The notes under the pieces were generated by a model. The model was not told the origin of the DNA. It searched no databases and worked only from the letters and a program-made list of their open reading frames with translations. The position numbers and the translations under genes were made by a program. This document shows positions 8,538 to 17,704 of a stretch of DNA of 64,000 bases, one piece after another. The first letter of the stretch is position 1, and the number at the start of each line of letters is the position of its first letter. The DNA comes from Candidatus Latescibacterota bacterium. GTDB lineage: Bacteria > Latescibacterota > UBA2968. The DNA lies in assembly GCA_965222605.1 (NCBI GenBank), contig OZ244960.1, forward strand, positions 5,024,001 to 5,088,000, given 5' to 3'.

Positions 8538-9851
8538 TTAATAAACTTTGTCGTCTTTGTCTTTCTTTTCAAGGGTATTTTCCCAACGGCGTTCGGGAGA
8601 TTGGGGAGCGCGATCTATGAGTTTGTTGGGTTTGCCCATCTGTTTTACCAGATCAAAAGCATCGTAGAGTTCACCCACAACGGTCATTGCGCGGTAGTGC
8701 AGCGTGTCGCCGGAGACAGAGATGATTTGATAAAGTTGTGTGTTTTCCGCACCGCGCGTCATCCAGCGGTCTTTTCTGAGTTTGTATTGTTTGGGACCGC
8801 TGACCGATACGACATAAACTGTGCCTTTGGTTGTGTCGCGCACGGTTACGCCGTTGCCGATATTGTGTCCTCTGGCATACGTATGGTCGTGACCCTGGAG
8901 CACCAGATCGACGGCGTATTTGTCAAAGATGGGTTTCCAGGCTTCGCGCAGGTCTTTGTTGTCGCGGCCTTCAGACGCTGAATAGACGGGATGATGGAAT
9001 GTGATAAAGGTCCATCTATTGGGATTGTTTTCGAGCACTTGTTCCAACCAGGGTACCTGTTCTTCGCGGCGTTCATTGGAATTGAGTGAGATGATGCGCG
9101 CACCCTGATAATCTGTGTAATAGGTGGTTTCCTGGAGGCCCTCTGGCCCATTTTCTGGCAAGGTGAAATGCGGACGCCATAGAACAGATAGACGGCGTTT
9201 GACCCCATTTTTATAGTATTCGTGATTCCCCGGCGTAGAAATACTGGGGATTTTTGCATGGATCCAGTCACCAGATTCAAACCATTCCTGCCATTCGCTA
9301 TCCCTGTTGGCACGGTTGACGAGGTCGCCTGCGTGGATGATAAAATCGGCATGGGGCGCGTCGAGCACAGCGGTTCGGATGGTGCGTGCCCAAAGGGCGA
9401 GCAAATTGTTTTGTGCATCGCCAAAGTAGATAAAAGTAAAATCGTCCGGTTCGGCTGAGGCCGTGCGAAATTGATACCAGGAGCTCCAGATAGCGCCACT
9501 GCCCACGCGATATGCATAAAGGGTATTGGGTTTGAGGCCCTTGAAGGTGACCGAATGGAAATGGGCAGTATTTTTATTGTGTTCCCATTTTTCAGTGCGC
9601 GCTGTTTCGCTCCTGGCCCATGTGGTAAAATTGGCCGAGGCGTTGGCTTCTGCGATCTGTCCTTCGGCTTGTGTGATGCTCGTATCGGTGCGCCAGGTGA
9701 TTGATGCTGTGGTGGTGGGGTCTCCCGACCAGTTGAGTACAATGCGGTCGGGAATTTTTGAGGGAATGGAATCTACGGCCGCACGGTGATACTCGTTTGC
9801 ATAAACCGGGGCTGCGGATAGGAGCAGAAGGATGAGACAGATCAGACGCAT
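8538..9851 (-). CDS. Secreted purple acid phosphatase-like metallophosphoesterase, copy 3 of 3 (canonical motifs)
   Basis: Same architecture; motifs GDLVN, GNHE, FHH, GHDH; GGAG SD. Confidence 0.85.
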   Translation of the reverse strand: MRLICLILLLLSAAPVYANEYHRAAVDSIPSKIPDRIVLNWSGDPTTTASITWRTDTSITQAEGQIAEANASANFTTWARSETARTEKWEHNKNTAHFHSVTFKGLKPNTLYAYRVGSGAIWSSWYQFRTASAEPDDFTFIYFGDAQNNLLALWARTIRTAVLDAPHADFIIHAGDLVNRANRDSEWQEWFESGDWIHAKIPSISTPGNHEYYKNGVKRRLSVLWRPHFTLPENGPEGLQETTYYTDYQGARIISLNSNERREEQVPWLEQVLENNPNRWTFITFHHPVYSASEGRDNKDLREAWKPIFDKYAVDLVLQGHDHTYARGHNIGNGVTVRDTTKGTVYVVSVSGPKQYKLRKDRWMTRGAENTQLYQIISVSGDTLHYRAMTVVGELYDAFDLVKQMGKPNKLIDRAPQSPERRWENTLEKKDKDDKVY

Positions 9852-9942
9852 GGTGGTCTCCAGGTCGAGGATGTAGGATCGGGGTTTCGCTTACAAAGAT
9901 ACAATATGTTCCAAATAAAAAAAGGCGAAACGCGATTATTAT

Positions 9943-10692
9943 TCAATCAATTTCAAGGGAGATTTCATTGTTGAGTTGTTCGCGTTCGGAGCGAGAATCA
10001 GATGTGGCGTAGTGGAGGATGAGTGCTTTGCGCCATGTCTTTGTGCGGTTTATTTCGCTGTAGTGCAGGGTGCAACCGTGGTGAAAAATGACAGATCCTG
10101 CTGGCACAGGACAGGCGACGGATTCGGGGAGATCGATATTTTTTGTATCGGGGATGTGATGCACGGGGCGGTCTGGATCATGGGTGATGTCAAAGATGCC
10201 GTGTCTGTGTGAACTGGGTACATAACGCATACAGCCATTGGTATCTGTGGCGTCGTCTAAGGCAATCCAGGCGGTGACGAGACCATTGGTAGGTTGTACG
10301 CGAAAATAGCTCTGGTCCTGGTGCGGCGGTTTGGCCTGACCGCCCGGCGGTTTGAGCAGCATCTGATCGCGAAAAACGCGAATGCGCGGTCCGATTAAGC
10401 CGCGCACGAGTGCGAGTAATTTGGGATGTCTGGCAATGGGGCGATAGGCGGGGTCAAAGCGCACGACAAATGCGAGAACGCGTACACTTTGATTTCGCGC
10501 TTCTGGATTTGATTTATCTGTTACGGTATTGCCTTCATGGCCAATTGAGATGCCCTCAGGTGCTCGATCCGGGTTGGCTACAATCTCGTCGGTGCGCTGA
10601 ATTACGTCGGCGAGTTCTTCTTTTGCAAAGAGGTTTTTTACGACGAGATAGCCGTGGGTATCGTAAAATGTTTTCATACTGGATTCAAACAC
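9943..10692 (-). CDS. Phytanoyl-CoA dioxygenase (PhyH) family Fe(II)/2OG oxygenase
   Basis: GYLVV start, KPP..HQD, WIALDDAT..NGCM..VP.SH, distal TLH and R motifs. Confidence 0.9.
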   Translation of the reverse strand: MFESSMKTFYDTHGYLVVKNLFAKEELADVIQRTDEIVANPDRAPEGISIGHEGNTVTDKSNPEARNQSVRVLAFVVRFDPAYRPIARHPKLLALVRGLIGPRIRVFRDQMLLKPPGGQAKPPHQDQSYFRVQPTNGLVTAWIALDDATDTNGCMRYVPSSHRHGIFDITHDPDRPVHHIPDTKNIDLPESVACPVPAGSVIFHHGCTLHYSEINRTKTWRKALILHYATSDSRSEREQLNNEISLEID

Positions 10693-10753
10693 AGCGTTCT
10701 CCTTTTAACGCGAAAAATACGGTTTTGAACACAGTATGTCAAGCGCGTGAATT

Positions 10754-10823
10754 GGGGCTGGAGGTTGGGGGCTAGGGGCTGGTTGGGTAGTCCTCTCACC
10801 TTTTGCGTCTCACCTTTTACGTC
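10754..10823. repeat. Short heptamer-based tandem repeats
   Basis: GGGGCTG/GAGGTTG/GGGGCTA/GGGGCTG run followed by (TCTCACC TTTTRCG)x2. Confidence 0.6.
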
Positions 10824-10824
10824 A

Positions 10825-13215
10825 TTACTCATACCGCAATGCTTCCACGGGATTTGCTCGTGCAGCTTTGATGGCTTGATAGCTGACGGTTAGTAGCGCG
10901 ATGAGCAAGGCGATGAGGCCGCTCAAGATAAATGTACTGATGCCCAGATCAATTCGGTAAGCGAAGCTCTGTAGCCACTGGTTCATCGCGTAGTACGCAA
11001 TTGGCCAGGCGATAAGATTGGCGATGAGGACGAGTTTGAGAAAGTCTTTGGAGAGCAAGTATAAAATGTTCGAGACAGAGGCTCCGAGAATTTTGCGAAT
11101 GCCGATTTCTTTGGTGCGCTGTTGGGTGGTGAATGCAACCAGACCGAAGAGACCGAGACAAGCGATGAGGATGGCGAGGCCAGAAAAGATTTGGAAGATG
11201 TGGGACATTTGTTGCTCTCGGTTGTAGAGCCTGGCATAATCTTGGTCTAAGAATGTGTAGCTAAACGGCTGATTTGGAGCGAATTTTTTCCAGATCCCTT
11301 CAACCGCAGAAATAGCTTCTGCGACATTGCCGGGGTGGAGGCGAATGGCAATGTACATTGGAAATCTGTGCAGGTAGGGCAATACAAGTGGTTTGATTTC
11401 CTGCTTGAGTGAGCCGATGTGGAAATCGGATACCACACCGATAATTGGGCCTTCGCTTCTACCCATTCTACTGCCTATGCTGAGTTTTTTCCCGAGTGCG
11501 GTTTGCCACCCCAGTGCTTTTACAGCAGATTGGTTGACGAGAAATGCAGAGACATCTGTTGCGTGTTCTGCGGGGGCAAAGTTGCGGCCTTCTACAATTT
11601 TTAGATTCAGTGCCTCGACATATTTTTCATCTACTACTGTGTATGTGAGGGATGTTTCTTTATAATTTGCCGGTTGTTCGGGCCTGAAGCGCATGGAATC
11701 AAAATCGTGCCCTGGTACGCCTGTATTGAGTGAGGCTGTAGCCACCTGCGGCAGTGTTTCGAATTGGTCTCTGAATGTCAGGGCTTGTCTGGGGGAGGTC
11801 AGGGTACGCGGTATCCCCTGGAGAATAAGGACGTGTTCTCTGTCAAATCCGAGGTGTTTATTTTGTGCGAAATGAAGCTGGTTGAGAACGACGAGTGTGC
11901 CGACCAATAGACTGATGGAAATGCAAAATTGCAGGACGACCAGTCCATTGCGAAGATAGTTTTTGCCCGATGTGATGTGTCCTTTGAGCGCTGTAATAGG
12001 CCAGAATGAGGAGAGGTAAAGTGCTGGATACAGGCCGGATAGGAGGCCGACGACGATGATGAAGGCAAATAATCCAATCAGCACTTGGGGCGCGATCAGG
12101 CTGCCCATTGTGAGGTGTTTGTTGGCGAGGCTGTTGAGGAGTGGCAGTCCCAATTCGCATATACCAATCGCCAAAAGACTTGAGAAGGCGACGTAGATGG
12201 TGGATTCGGAGAAGAATTGGCGAATGAGTTGCGAGCGGTGAGAGCCGAGGACTTTTCGAACGCCGACTTCGCGGGCGCGGGTTGATGAACGCGCTGTGGA
12301 GAGGTTGACGAAGTTAATGCAGGCGAGTAGCAGGACAAAAATTGCGATGAGTGAAAAGATATAGACATGCATGATGTTGCTGTTTGCAGTGATTTCGTAT
12401 CTGAGGTTCGAATGTAGATGGATGTCTGTGAGGGGTTGGATGAGGTAGTTGGTGTAGTCGCCGGGCTGAGAAGATCTTTTGCTCAAGATGTGTTCGCGAA
12501 CATAAGCTGTAAATTTGGTTTGCAATTCAGAGGCAGATGCTCCGTCTTTTAACATGAGGTACGTATAAACAGTGGCCGAGCCCCAGTCTGATTTTCTGCG
12601 CTCGATAATGGGAAGGGTTTTGAGGGGTGCGAGAAAGTCGAAGTGAAAGTGGGACTGGGGTGGGAATGCTTTGACCACGCCCGTGACTTGAAACGATTTG
12701 CCATCGCTAAGTTCAAGGGTTTGTCCCATTGGGTCGCGATTGGGAAAGTAACGTTGCGCGCTTTGTTCGGTGAGGATGACTGCGTTGGGCGCATTGAGTG
12801 CTGTTGTGGGATCTCCTGCAATGAAGGGGACGGTAAAGACATCGAAAAAGCTGCTTTCCGTGTAGTAGAAATTTTTCTCGATGACATAATTCGATTCTCG
12901 ACGGATGGTTTGACTTCCCCGTCTCAATCGCGTGCTATGGGCTACCTGTGGAAATCGTTCTTTCAGGGTTTCAGATATGGGTACCGATACAATGGGAATG
13001 GTCCATTCGTTGTCGCCGTATCGGGCGTTCCACAAAACGCGATAGATTTGATTGGCATTTTTGTGAAATTGATCGTAGCTCAGTTCGTCTTGTACAAAGA
13101 GCATGATCAACATACAGCACGCAATACCAACGGCGAGTCCAGAGATGTTGACAAAAGAATAGACTTTGTGACGCAAGAGTGTGCGGATGGCGACGGTGAT
13201 GTGGTTTTTGAACAT
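10825..13215 (-). CDS. ABC transporter permease, MacB/FtsX duplicated type (~800 aa)
   Basis: MFKNHITVAIRTL..INISGLAVG, ACINFVNL..RAREVGVRKVLG, QRTKEIGIRKILGA, C-terminal ANPVEALRYE. Confidence 0.92.
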   Translation of the reverse strand: MFKNHITVAIRTLLRHKVYSFVNISGLAVGIACCMLIMLFVQDELSYDQFHKNANQIYRVLWNARYGDNEWTIPIVSVPISETLKERFPQVAHSTRLRRGSQTIRRESNYVIEKNFYYTESSFFDVFTVPFIAGDPTTALNAPNAVILTEQSAQRYFPNRDPMGQTLELSDGKSFQVTGVVKAFPPQSHFHFDFLAPLKTLPIIERRKSDWGSATVYTYLMLKDGASASELQTKFTAYVREHILSKRSSQPGDYTNYLIQPLTDIHLHSNLRYEITANSNIMHVYIFSLIAIFVLLLACINFVNLSTARSSTRAREVGVRKVLGSHRSQLIRQFFSESTIYVAFSSLLAIGICELGLPLLNSLANKHLTMGSLIAPQVLIGLFAFIIVVGLLSGLYPALYLSSFWPITALKGHITSGKNYLRNGLVVLQFCISISLLVGTLVVLNQLHFAQNKHLGFDREHVLILQGIPRTLTSPRQALTFRDQFETLPQVATASLNTGVPGHDFDSMRFRPEQPANYKETSLTYTVVDEKYVEALNLKIVEGRNFAPAEHATDVSAFLVNQSAVKALGWQTALGKKLSIGSRMGRSEGPIIGVVSDFHIGSLKQEIKPLVLPYLHRFPMYIAIRLHPGNVAEAISAVEGIWKKFAPNQPFSYTFLDQDYARLYNREQQMSHIFQIFSGLAILIACLGLFGLVAFTTQQRTKEIGIRKILGASVSNILYLLSKDFLKLVLIANLIAWPIAYYAMNQWLQSFAYRIDLGISTFILSGLIALLIALLTVSYQAIKAARANPVEALRYE

Positions 13216-13277
13216 GGCTCCTCCTGTAAAAAATAAGATAGACGATCAAGCGTTATTTTTTCACATTAAAACATTAG

Positions 13278-13293
13278 AGCAATAACCGTGCCA
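13278..13293 (-). promoter_or_regulatory. Sigma-54 (-24/-12) promoter for the ABC permease
   Basis: Minus strand TGGCACGGTTATTGCT matches TGGCAC-N5-TTGC(A/T). Confidence 0.8.
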
Positions 13294-13358
13294 AAAATCA
13301 TTTGTGTATATTTTTCAATAGGTTAAGTGAAAACAGGAATTTGACATCTCCACAAAAG

Positions 13359-13395
13359 TGTCCGATAATGATACAGTAGTGTCCGTTTCCGGACA
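13359..13395. promoter_or_regulatory. Tandem enhancer-binding-protein sites (UAS) upstream of the sigma-54 promoter
   Basis: TGTCCGATAATGATACA (13359-13375) and palindromic TGTCCG-TTTC-CGGACA (13380-13395). Confidence 0.6.
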
Positions 13396-13483
13396 GTTTG
13401 GATATAAATAATCTATGCCTTGACATTAAACTATTTTGAAGTAAATTCCAAAATAGTTCAACTAATTTGGAGGAAAGTTCAAA

Positions 13484-14650
13484 ATGGTACACTATTCTCG
13501 GCGTTTAAGGATCGATTTGCCCGATCGACAGTCGGCTTTTTTGTGGGGACCGCGAAAAACGGGTAAATCCACATATCTCAAACAGATGTTTCCCAACGGC
13601 CTGGTCTATGATTTTCTAAAGACGGATTTAATGCTGGATTTTAACCGGCGGCCAGCCATGTTGCGCGAGCAAATTCTCGCGCAATCCGAAGCATTATTGG
13701 AGCATCCGATTATCCTTGATGAGGTGCAGCGCGTGCCGCTTCTGTTGGATGAGGTGCATTGGCTGATAGAAAATAAGGGACTGCGTTTTATTTTATGTGG
13801 CTCCAGTGCGCGAAAGCTCAAGCGGGGACGGGCCAATTTGCTCGGTGGACGCGCCTGGCGATATGAAATGTTTCCATTGGTGACAGATGAGTTGCATGAC
13901 GGTGATATGGATCTCTTGAGGATTTTGAATCGCGGTCTGATTCCCGATCATTTTGCCAGCACGCAATATCGTCGTTCTCTGAACGCGTATGTGCAAGATT
14001 ACTTAAAAGAAGAAGTTTTTGACGAGGGATTGACGCGCAATATTCCAGCATTTTCCAGATTTTTTGATGCGATGGGATACTCTCACGGCGAGTTGACTAA
14101 TTTTTCCAATATTGCCCGAGAGTGTGGCGTGAGTTCCAAGACTGTGAAAGAGTATTATCAAATTCTCGTCGATACGCTTTTGGGCAGAATAGTTGAACCT
14201 TTTAAGAGACGGCAAAGCAGGCAGGTTATTTCCAGGGCATCTAAGTTTTATTTGTTTGATGTGGGTGTGGCCGGTACGCTTGCGAAACGGCATTTGGAGG
14301 ATGCCCAGGGCATGATTTTTGGCAAAGCGTTTGAGCATTTTATTTTTACTGAGTTGATGGCACACGCTTCTTATTGTGCGTTGCATTACGATGTTCATTT
14401 TTGGCGCACGAAGTCGGGGGTGGAGGTTGATTTTGTACTGGGCAATGGCGAGGTGGCAATTGAGGCAAAAGGTACAAGCCGGGTAGATAACAAGGTTCTT
14501 CGACCTATGCATGCATTTATCGATGAATTCGGACCCAGGAAAGCTATAGTTGTTTGTAATGAAACGACGGAACGCGTTGTTGGCCCAATTCGCATTGTGC
14601 CCTGGAAAGTATTTCTACAATCTCTATGGGCAGGTGATGTGATTTCATGA
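13484..14650 (+). CDS. AAA+ ATPase (AAA_14 + DUF4143-type) with C-terminal PD-(D/E)xK-like domain
   Basis: Walker A GPRKTGKS, Walker B ILDEVQ, CGSS, LLGGRA, KFYLFDVG, FWRT..EVDFV..IEAK. Confidence 0.85.
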   Translation: MVHYSRRLRIDLPDRQSAFLWGPRKTGKSTYLKQMFPNGLVYDFLKTDLMLDFNRRPAMLREQILAQSEALLEHPIILDEVQRVPLLLDEVHWLIENKGLRFILCGSSARKLKRGRANLLGGRAWRYEMFPLVTDELHDGDMDLLRILNRGLIPDHFASTQYRRSLNAYVQDYLKEEVFDEGLTRNIPAFSRFFDAMGYSHGELTNFSNIARECGVSSKTVKEYYQILVDTLLGRIVEPFKRRQSRQVISRASKFYLFDVGVAGTLAKRHLEDAQGMIFGKAFEHFIFTELMAHASYCALHYDVHFWRTKSGVEVDFVLGNGEVAIEAKGTSRVDNKVLRPMHAFIDEFGPRKAIVVCNETTERVVGPIRIVPWKVFLQSLWAGDVIS

Positions 14651-15991
14651 AAGGCGCAGGCTGCCCAGTTGAAATCTGCGTGGATCACCGAGGCGCTTTT
14701 CCAGGGCTTCGAGTGTCCAGTTGGTGTGGGTGATTGCCCAGTCGATTTCGCTGGCGAGTGGGCTGTCGAAGATGCCGGGGTCGTCCGCGCCGATGACGAG
14801 GTTGACGTTTGATTTGAGGAATGTGTGGATGGGGTGATGAGCAGGATCGGGCACGCCGCCGATGCGGAGATTGGAGGTGGGGCACGTTTCGATGACTGTG
14901 CCGAGTTGTGTGAGGCGGTTGAGAGCAAATTGCTGGCGGTTGCGGATTTCTTCGAGGCGTTGGGGATTATAAGGGCGCTCGACTATTTCGTCGGGTGCTC
15001 GATTTTTCAGGGTTTGTCGTTCGGTTTGGAGTGCGCTGGTATTTATTTCGATATCGAAAGCCGAAAGCTCTGAGGCGTGCATGAGATCATAGGCGATCTG
15101 GTCGAGGCGTTCGCTGACCCGTTCTTTCGCATGTGCATCGGGGCGGCGTTCAATCGCCACTGACGGGTCAAGGCCGAGCGCTATGGCATGGCCCAATCGC
15201 CTGACACCCATTTCGGCGGCTTCATGACACCAGCGTATCGCGCTTTCGAGCGATTTGTCAAAATAGCTTTCGCCCACATGATAGGTGATTTCGAGGGCGC
15301 GTTCGGGGTGTTGTTGGTTATCTTTGTGCAGGCGTTGGAAGAGTGCGCGGTTGTCTTTAGGGGGATAGCCCTCTTCGATATCGGCAAAGTCAATGCCGAC
15401 GATGGTGGGGATGAGTTCGGGGTTTTCGTTCAGGAGCTCTTGCACCCATTCGTAGTCTTGTTGTGCGGTCCAGCGGCGCAGGCTGATGATATAACGCGCG
15501 GTTGTGTTGTTTTGCGATGCATTTGAGAGGATTTGAGCCTGGGTGCGATGAAAGTTGATGAATGTATCTCGCGTTTCGTCGCTGCATCCACATCGGTATT
15601 CGACGAAGGTGATGCCTTCTTTGCGATGTCGGTCTTGTGCGCTGGAAATCATTTTTATTATGAGATCCTGTCTTTTGGGCGGGTGTTTCAAAAGACTGGT
15701 GATGAAGTTGAATTTAGCTTTAAACCGACCGAAGTCGCCCCCGTCTTTTTCGGTGTAGATGTAGTGTTCTTTAAATTCGGTAAGTCCCGTGGTTGGATTG
15801 GATATGGCATCGCGATAGAGCGCAATGGGATCCGGGCGAATACCATAAGCTTTTTCATAGGTGTCTGTAAAAAGCGTCCAGTCAATGTCTTCGTAAAAGT
15901 CTCTGCCGAGTTCTATGAGGTCTTCAGCGGTTAAGCATCCGCCGGGGTGGACGTGGAGTTCGCAAGTTTTGGCTAAGTGGAGTGGGGACAT
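14645..15991 (-). CDS. Adenosine deaminase family protein with a long insertion
   Basis: ELHVH, YHVGE, RLGHA, IETCPTSN and GADDP motifs of the ADA TIM barrel. Confidence 0.82.
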   Translation of the reverse strand: MSPLHLAKTCELHVHPGGCLTAEDLIELGRDFYEDIDWTLFTDTYEKAYGIRPDPIALYRDAISNPTTGLTEFKEHYIYTEKDGGDFGRFKAKFNFITSLLKHPPKRQDLIIKMISSAQDRHRKEGITFVEYRCGCSDETRDTFINFHRTQAQILSNASQNNTTARYIISLRRWTAQQDYEWVQELLNENPELIPTIVGIDFADIEEGYPPKDNRALFQRLHKDNQQHPERALEITYHVGESYFDKSLESAIRWCHEAAEMGVRRLGHAIALGLDPSVAIERRPDAHAKERVSERLDQIAYDLMHASELSAFDIEINTSALQTERQTLKNRAPDEIVERPYNPQRLEEIRNRQQFALNRLTQLGTVIETCPTSNLRIGGVPDPAHHPIHTFLKSNVNLVIGADDPGIFDSPLASEIDWAITHTNWTLEALEKRLGDPRRFQLGSLRLS

Positions 15992-16190
15992 GTATCATTC
16001 CTTTGGATTCGCGCGGTTCGGGCCTGTTGCATATAAAAAAGTTAAGAGAATTTACTGAGTGAGACAATAAGGAAAGAAGTACCTATTTTCAGATAGAAAA
16101 ATGTCTCAAATTGGGACAATTCACCGCTTGACGCGGCTTATTATTTATGATATTTTAAAAAGTGAGATAATCGTGCAAATGGAGGCTTAC

Positions 16191-16421
16191 ATGACCCTAC
16201 AGTTGTTGATTTTCATCGCTACAATGATTTATCTGTGTTGGGTATTTGTTCGGTATTGGAAACGTCGGAATCGCAAAGATGGTCCGTTTATTGAAGTGAT
16301 CGAAGACAAGCCCGTGAGTAAGCCGTATAGACAGAGGCGGGTGGAAAAGAAAAAAGAGTCCGATGCCGACCGCGAATGGCGCAAGCGCGTGCGTGACGAA
16401 ATTGAAGATATGACAAAATAA
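16191..16421 (+). CDS. Small single-TM membrane protein of unknown function
   Basis: GGAGG SD before ATG 16191; N-terminal hydrophobic helix followed by a basic/charged tail; terminator downstream. Confidence 0.55.
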   Translation: MTLQLLIFIATMIYLCWVFVRYWKRRNRKDGPFIEVIEDKPVSKPYRQRRVEKKKESDADREWRKRVRDEIEDMTK

Positions 16422-16471
16422 AGTCGCGGATTGAAAGCCATTTGTTCACGGCACACTTTTCGCGCTACAAC

Positions 16472-16500
16472 AAAACCTCATCCTATTGGATGGGGTTTTT
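16472..16500 (+). terminator. Rho-independent terminator
   Basis: AAAACCTCATCC-TATT-GGATGGGGTTTTT. Confidence 0.7.
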
Positions 16501-16575
16501 ATTGTGCTTGCTCTTGAGCAGTTTGCGTGCTACGTTACGTACGAGCGAGCAAACCTTTGAATTGGAATATTGGAT

Positions 16576-17703
16576 ATGCGCGAATATTTGATTATTGATG
16601 GGCATCTCGATATGGCGTTTAACGCGCTATTTTATCGCCGAGATCTCACGCAGTCTGTATATGTGTTGCGCGATCGCGAAGACAGTCTGGTGGGGGGATT
16701 ATCGGCACATCCGGATTCGCTGGAACAGCGACGGGGACCACAGCCCAAGCGGTTTACGCCAACTGTTTGTTTGCCCGAGATGCGCAAAGGGCGCGTGGGG
16801 ATTATGCTTTCGACCATTATGTGTCGCGTGCAAAATCCACAGGATAATACACACAATGCGGTGCGCACACAGGATGTGGCTTATGCGCGAGGGCAATCTC
16901 ATCTGGCGTATTATCGGGCGTTGGAACGGTGTGGAGAAATTCGGTTTATCAAGTCTGTTGCAGATCTCAATGCCTGTGTTGCCGACTGGGAAAATCCATC
17001 GGACAATACACCCGTGGGGCTTATTTTGTCGATGGAAAGCGCCGATCCGATCCTGGGTCCCGATCAAGTAGGCGAATGGTATGAGGCGGGACTGCGCTCG
17101 GTATCTTTGACACATTTTGGTGCCAATACGTATGGGCACGGTACGGGTACGGTGGGCGGGTTATATCCACCGGCTTACGCGCTGATGGACGCGTTATCTG
17201 AGACGGATATTGCGCTGGATCTGACCCATGCGGCAGACCTCACCTTTTGGCATATTCTCGATTATTGGAAGGGGTCAGTACATGCCAGTCATTGCAATTG
17301 TCGCGCATTGGTGCCGGGACAGCGGCATTTGTCAGACGACATGATCCGTGCGATTACTGATCGAGGTGGCGTAATCGGAATGGTTTTTGCCGAGCAGATG
17401 CTGTCTCCTGCGTGGAATTGGGGCGATCCGCGTACGCATTATACCACGGCAACCCGACCGATGAAGGCGGTGCTCGAACACATCGATCACATCTGCGAAC
17501 TTACAGGCAGTACAGATCACGTGGCTTATGGCACGGATCTGGATGGTGGATTTGGGCTGGAGCTTTCGCCCACAGATTATCATACGATTGACGATTTGCA
17601 GCGTTTTTTAAGTCTCATGCGCGATCACGGCTATGGAGAAGACGATGTGAAGGGATTTGCGCATGGGAATTTGGTTCGATTTTTTACCTCTGCTTGGGAA
17701 TGA
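16576..17703 (+). CDS. Membrane dipeptidase (peptidase M19) family, paralog A
   Basis: IDGHLD, LSMESAD, DLTH, ASHCN.R, GTDLDGG. Confidence 0.85.
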   Translation: MREYLIIDGHLDMAFNALFYRRDLTQSVYVLRDREDSLVGGLSAHPDSLEQRRGPQPKRFTPTVCLPEMRKGRVGIMLSTIMCRVQNPQDNTHNAVRTQDVAYARGQSHLAYYRALERCGEIRFIKSVADLNACVADWENPSDNTPVGLILSMESADPILGPDQVGEWYEAGLRSVSLTHFGANTYGHGTGTVGGLYPPAYALMDALSETDIALDLTHAADLTFWHILDYWKGSVHASHCNCRALVPGQRHLSDDMIRAITDRGGVIGMVFAEQMLSPAWNWGDPRTHYTTATRPMKAVLEHIDHICELTGSTDHVAYGTDLDGGFGLELSPTDYHTIDDLQRFLSLMRDHGYGEDDVKGFAHGNLVRFFTSAWE

Positions 17704-17704
17704 C

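Larger units (their letters stand above)
5819..9851 (-). repeat. Direct tandem triplication, unit about 1.36 kb
   Basis: Stops at 5819, 7177 and 8538 (periods 1358 and 1361 bp); 41-bp spacers 7136-7176 and 8497-8537 differ at 2 positions. Confidence 0.95.

Noticed and set aside
5819-9851. Diversity-generating retroelement or gene-conversion cassette system
   Set aside because: No reverse transcriptase or recombinase; differences are not adenine-specific; the pattern fits ordinary duplication with copy-specific substitutions
10754-10823. CRISPR array
   Set aside because: Repeats are 7-14 bp without unique spacers, and there are no cas genes
13484-15991. Canonical RADAR (rdrA-rdrB) system
   Set aside because: The genes are convergent and much shorter than RdrA/RdrB, and the ATPase is the common AAA_14/DUF4143 type; kept only as a speculative finding
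16423-16471. Additional degenerate REP-like element (GTAGCGCG...CCGCGAC on the minus strand)
   Set aside because: Single copy in the window and poorly palindromic; cannot be supported
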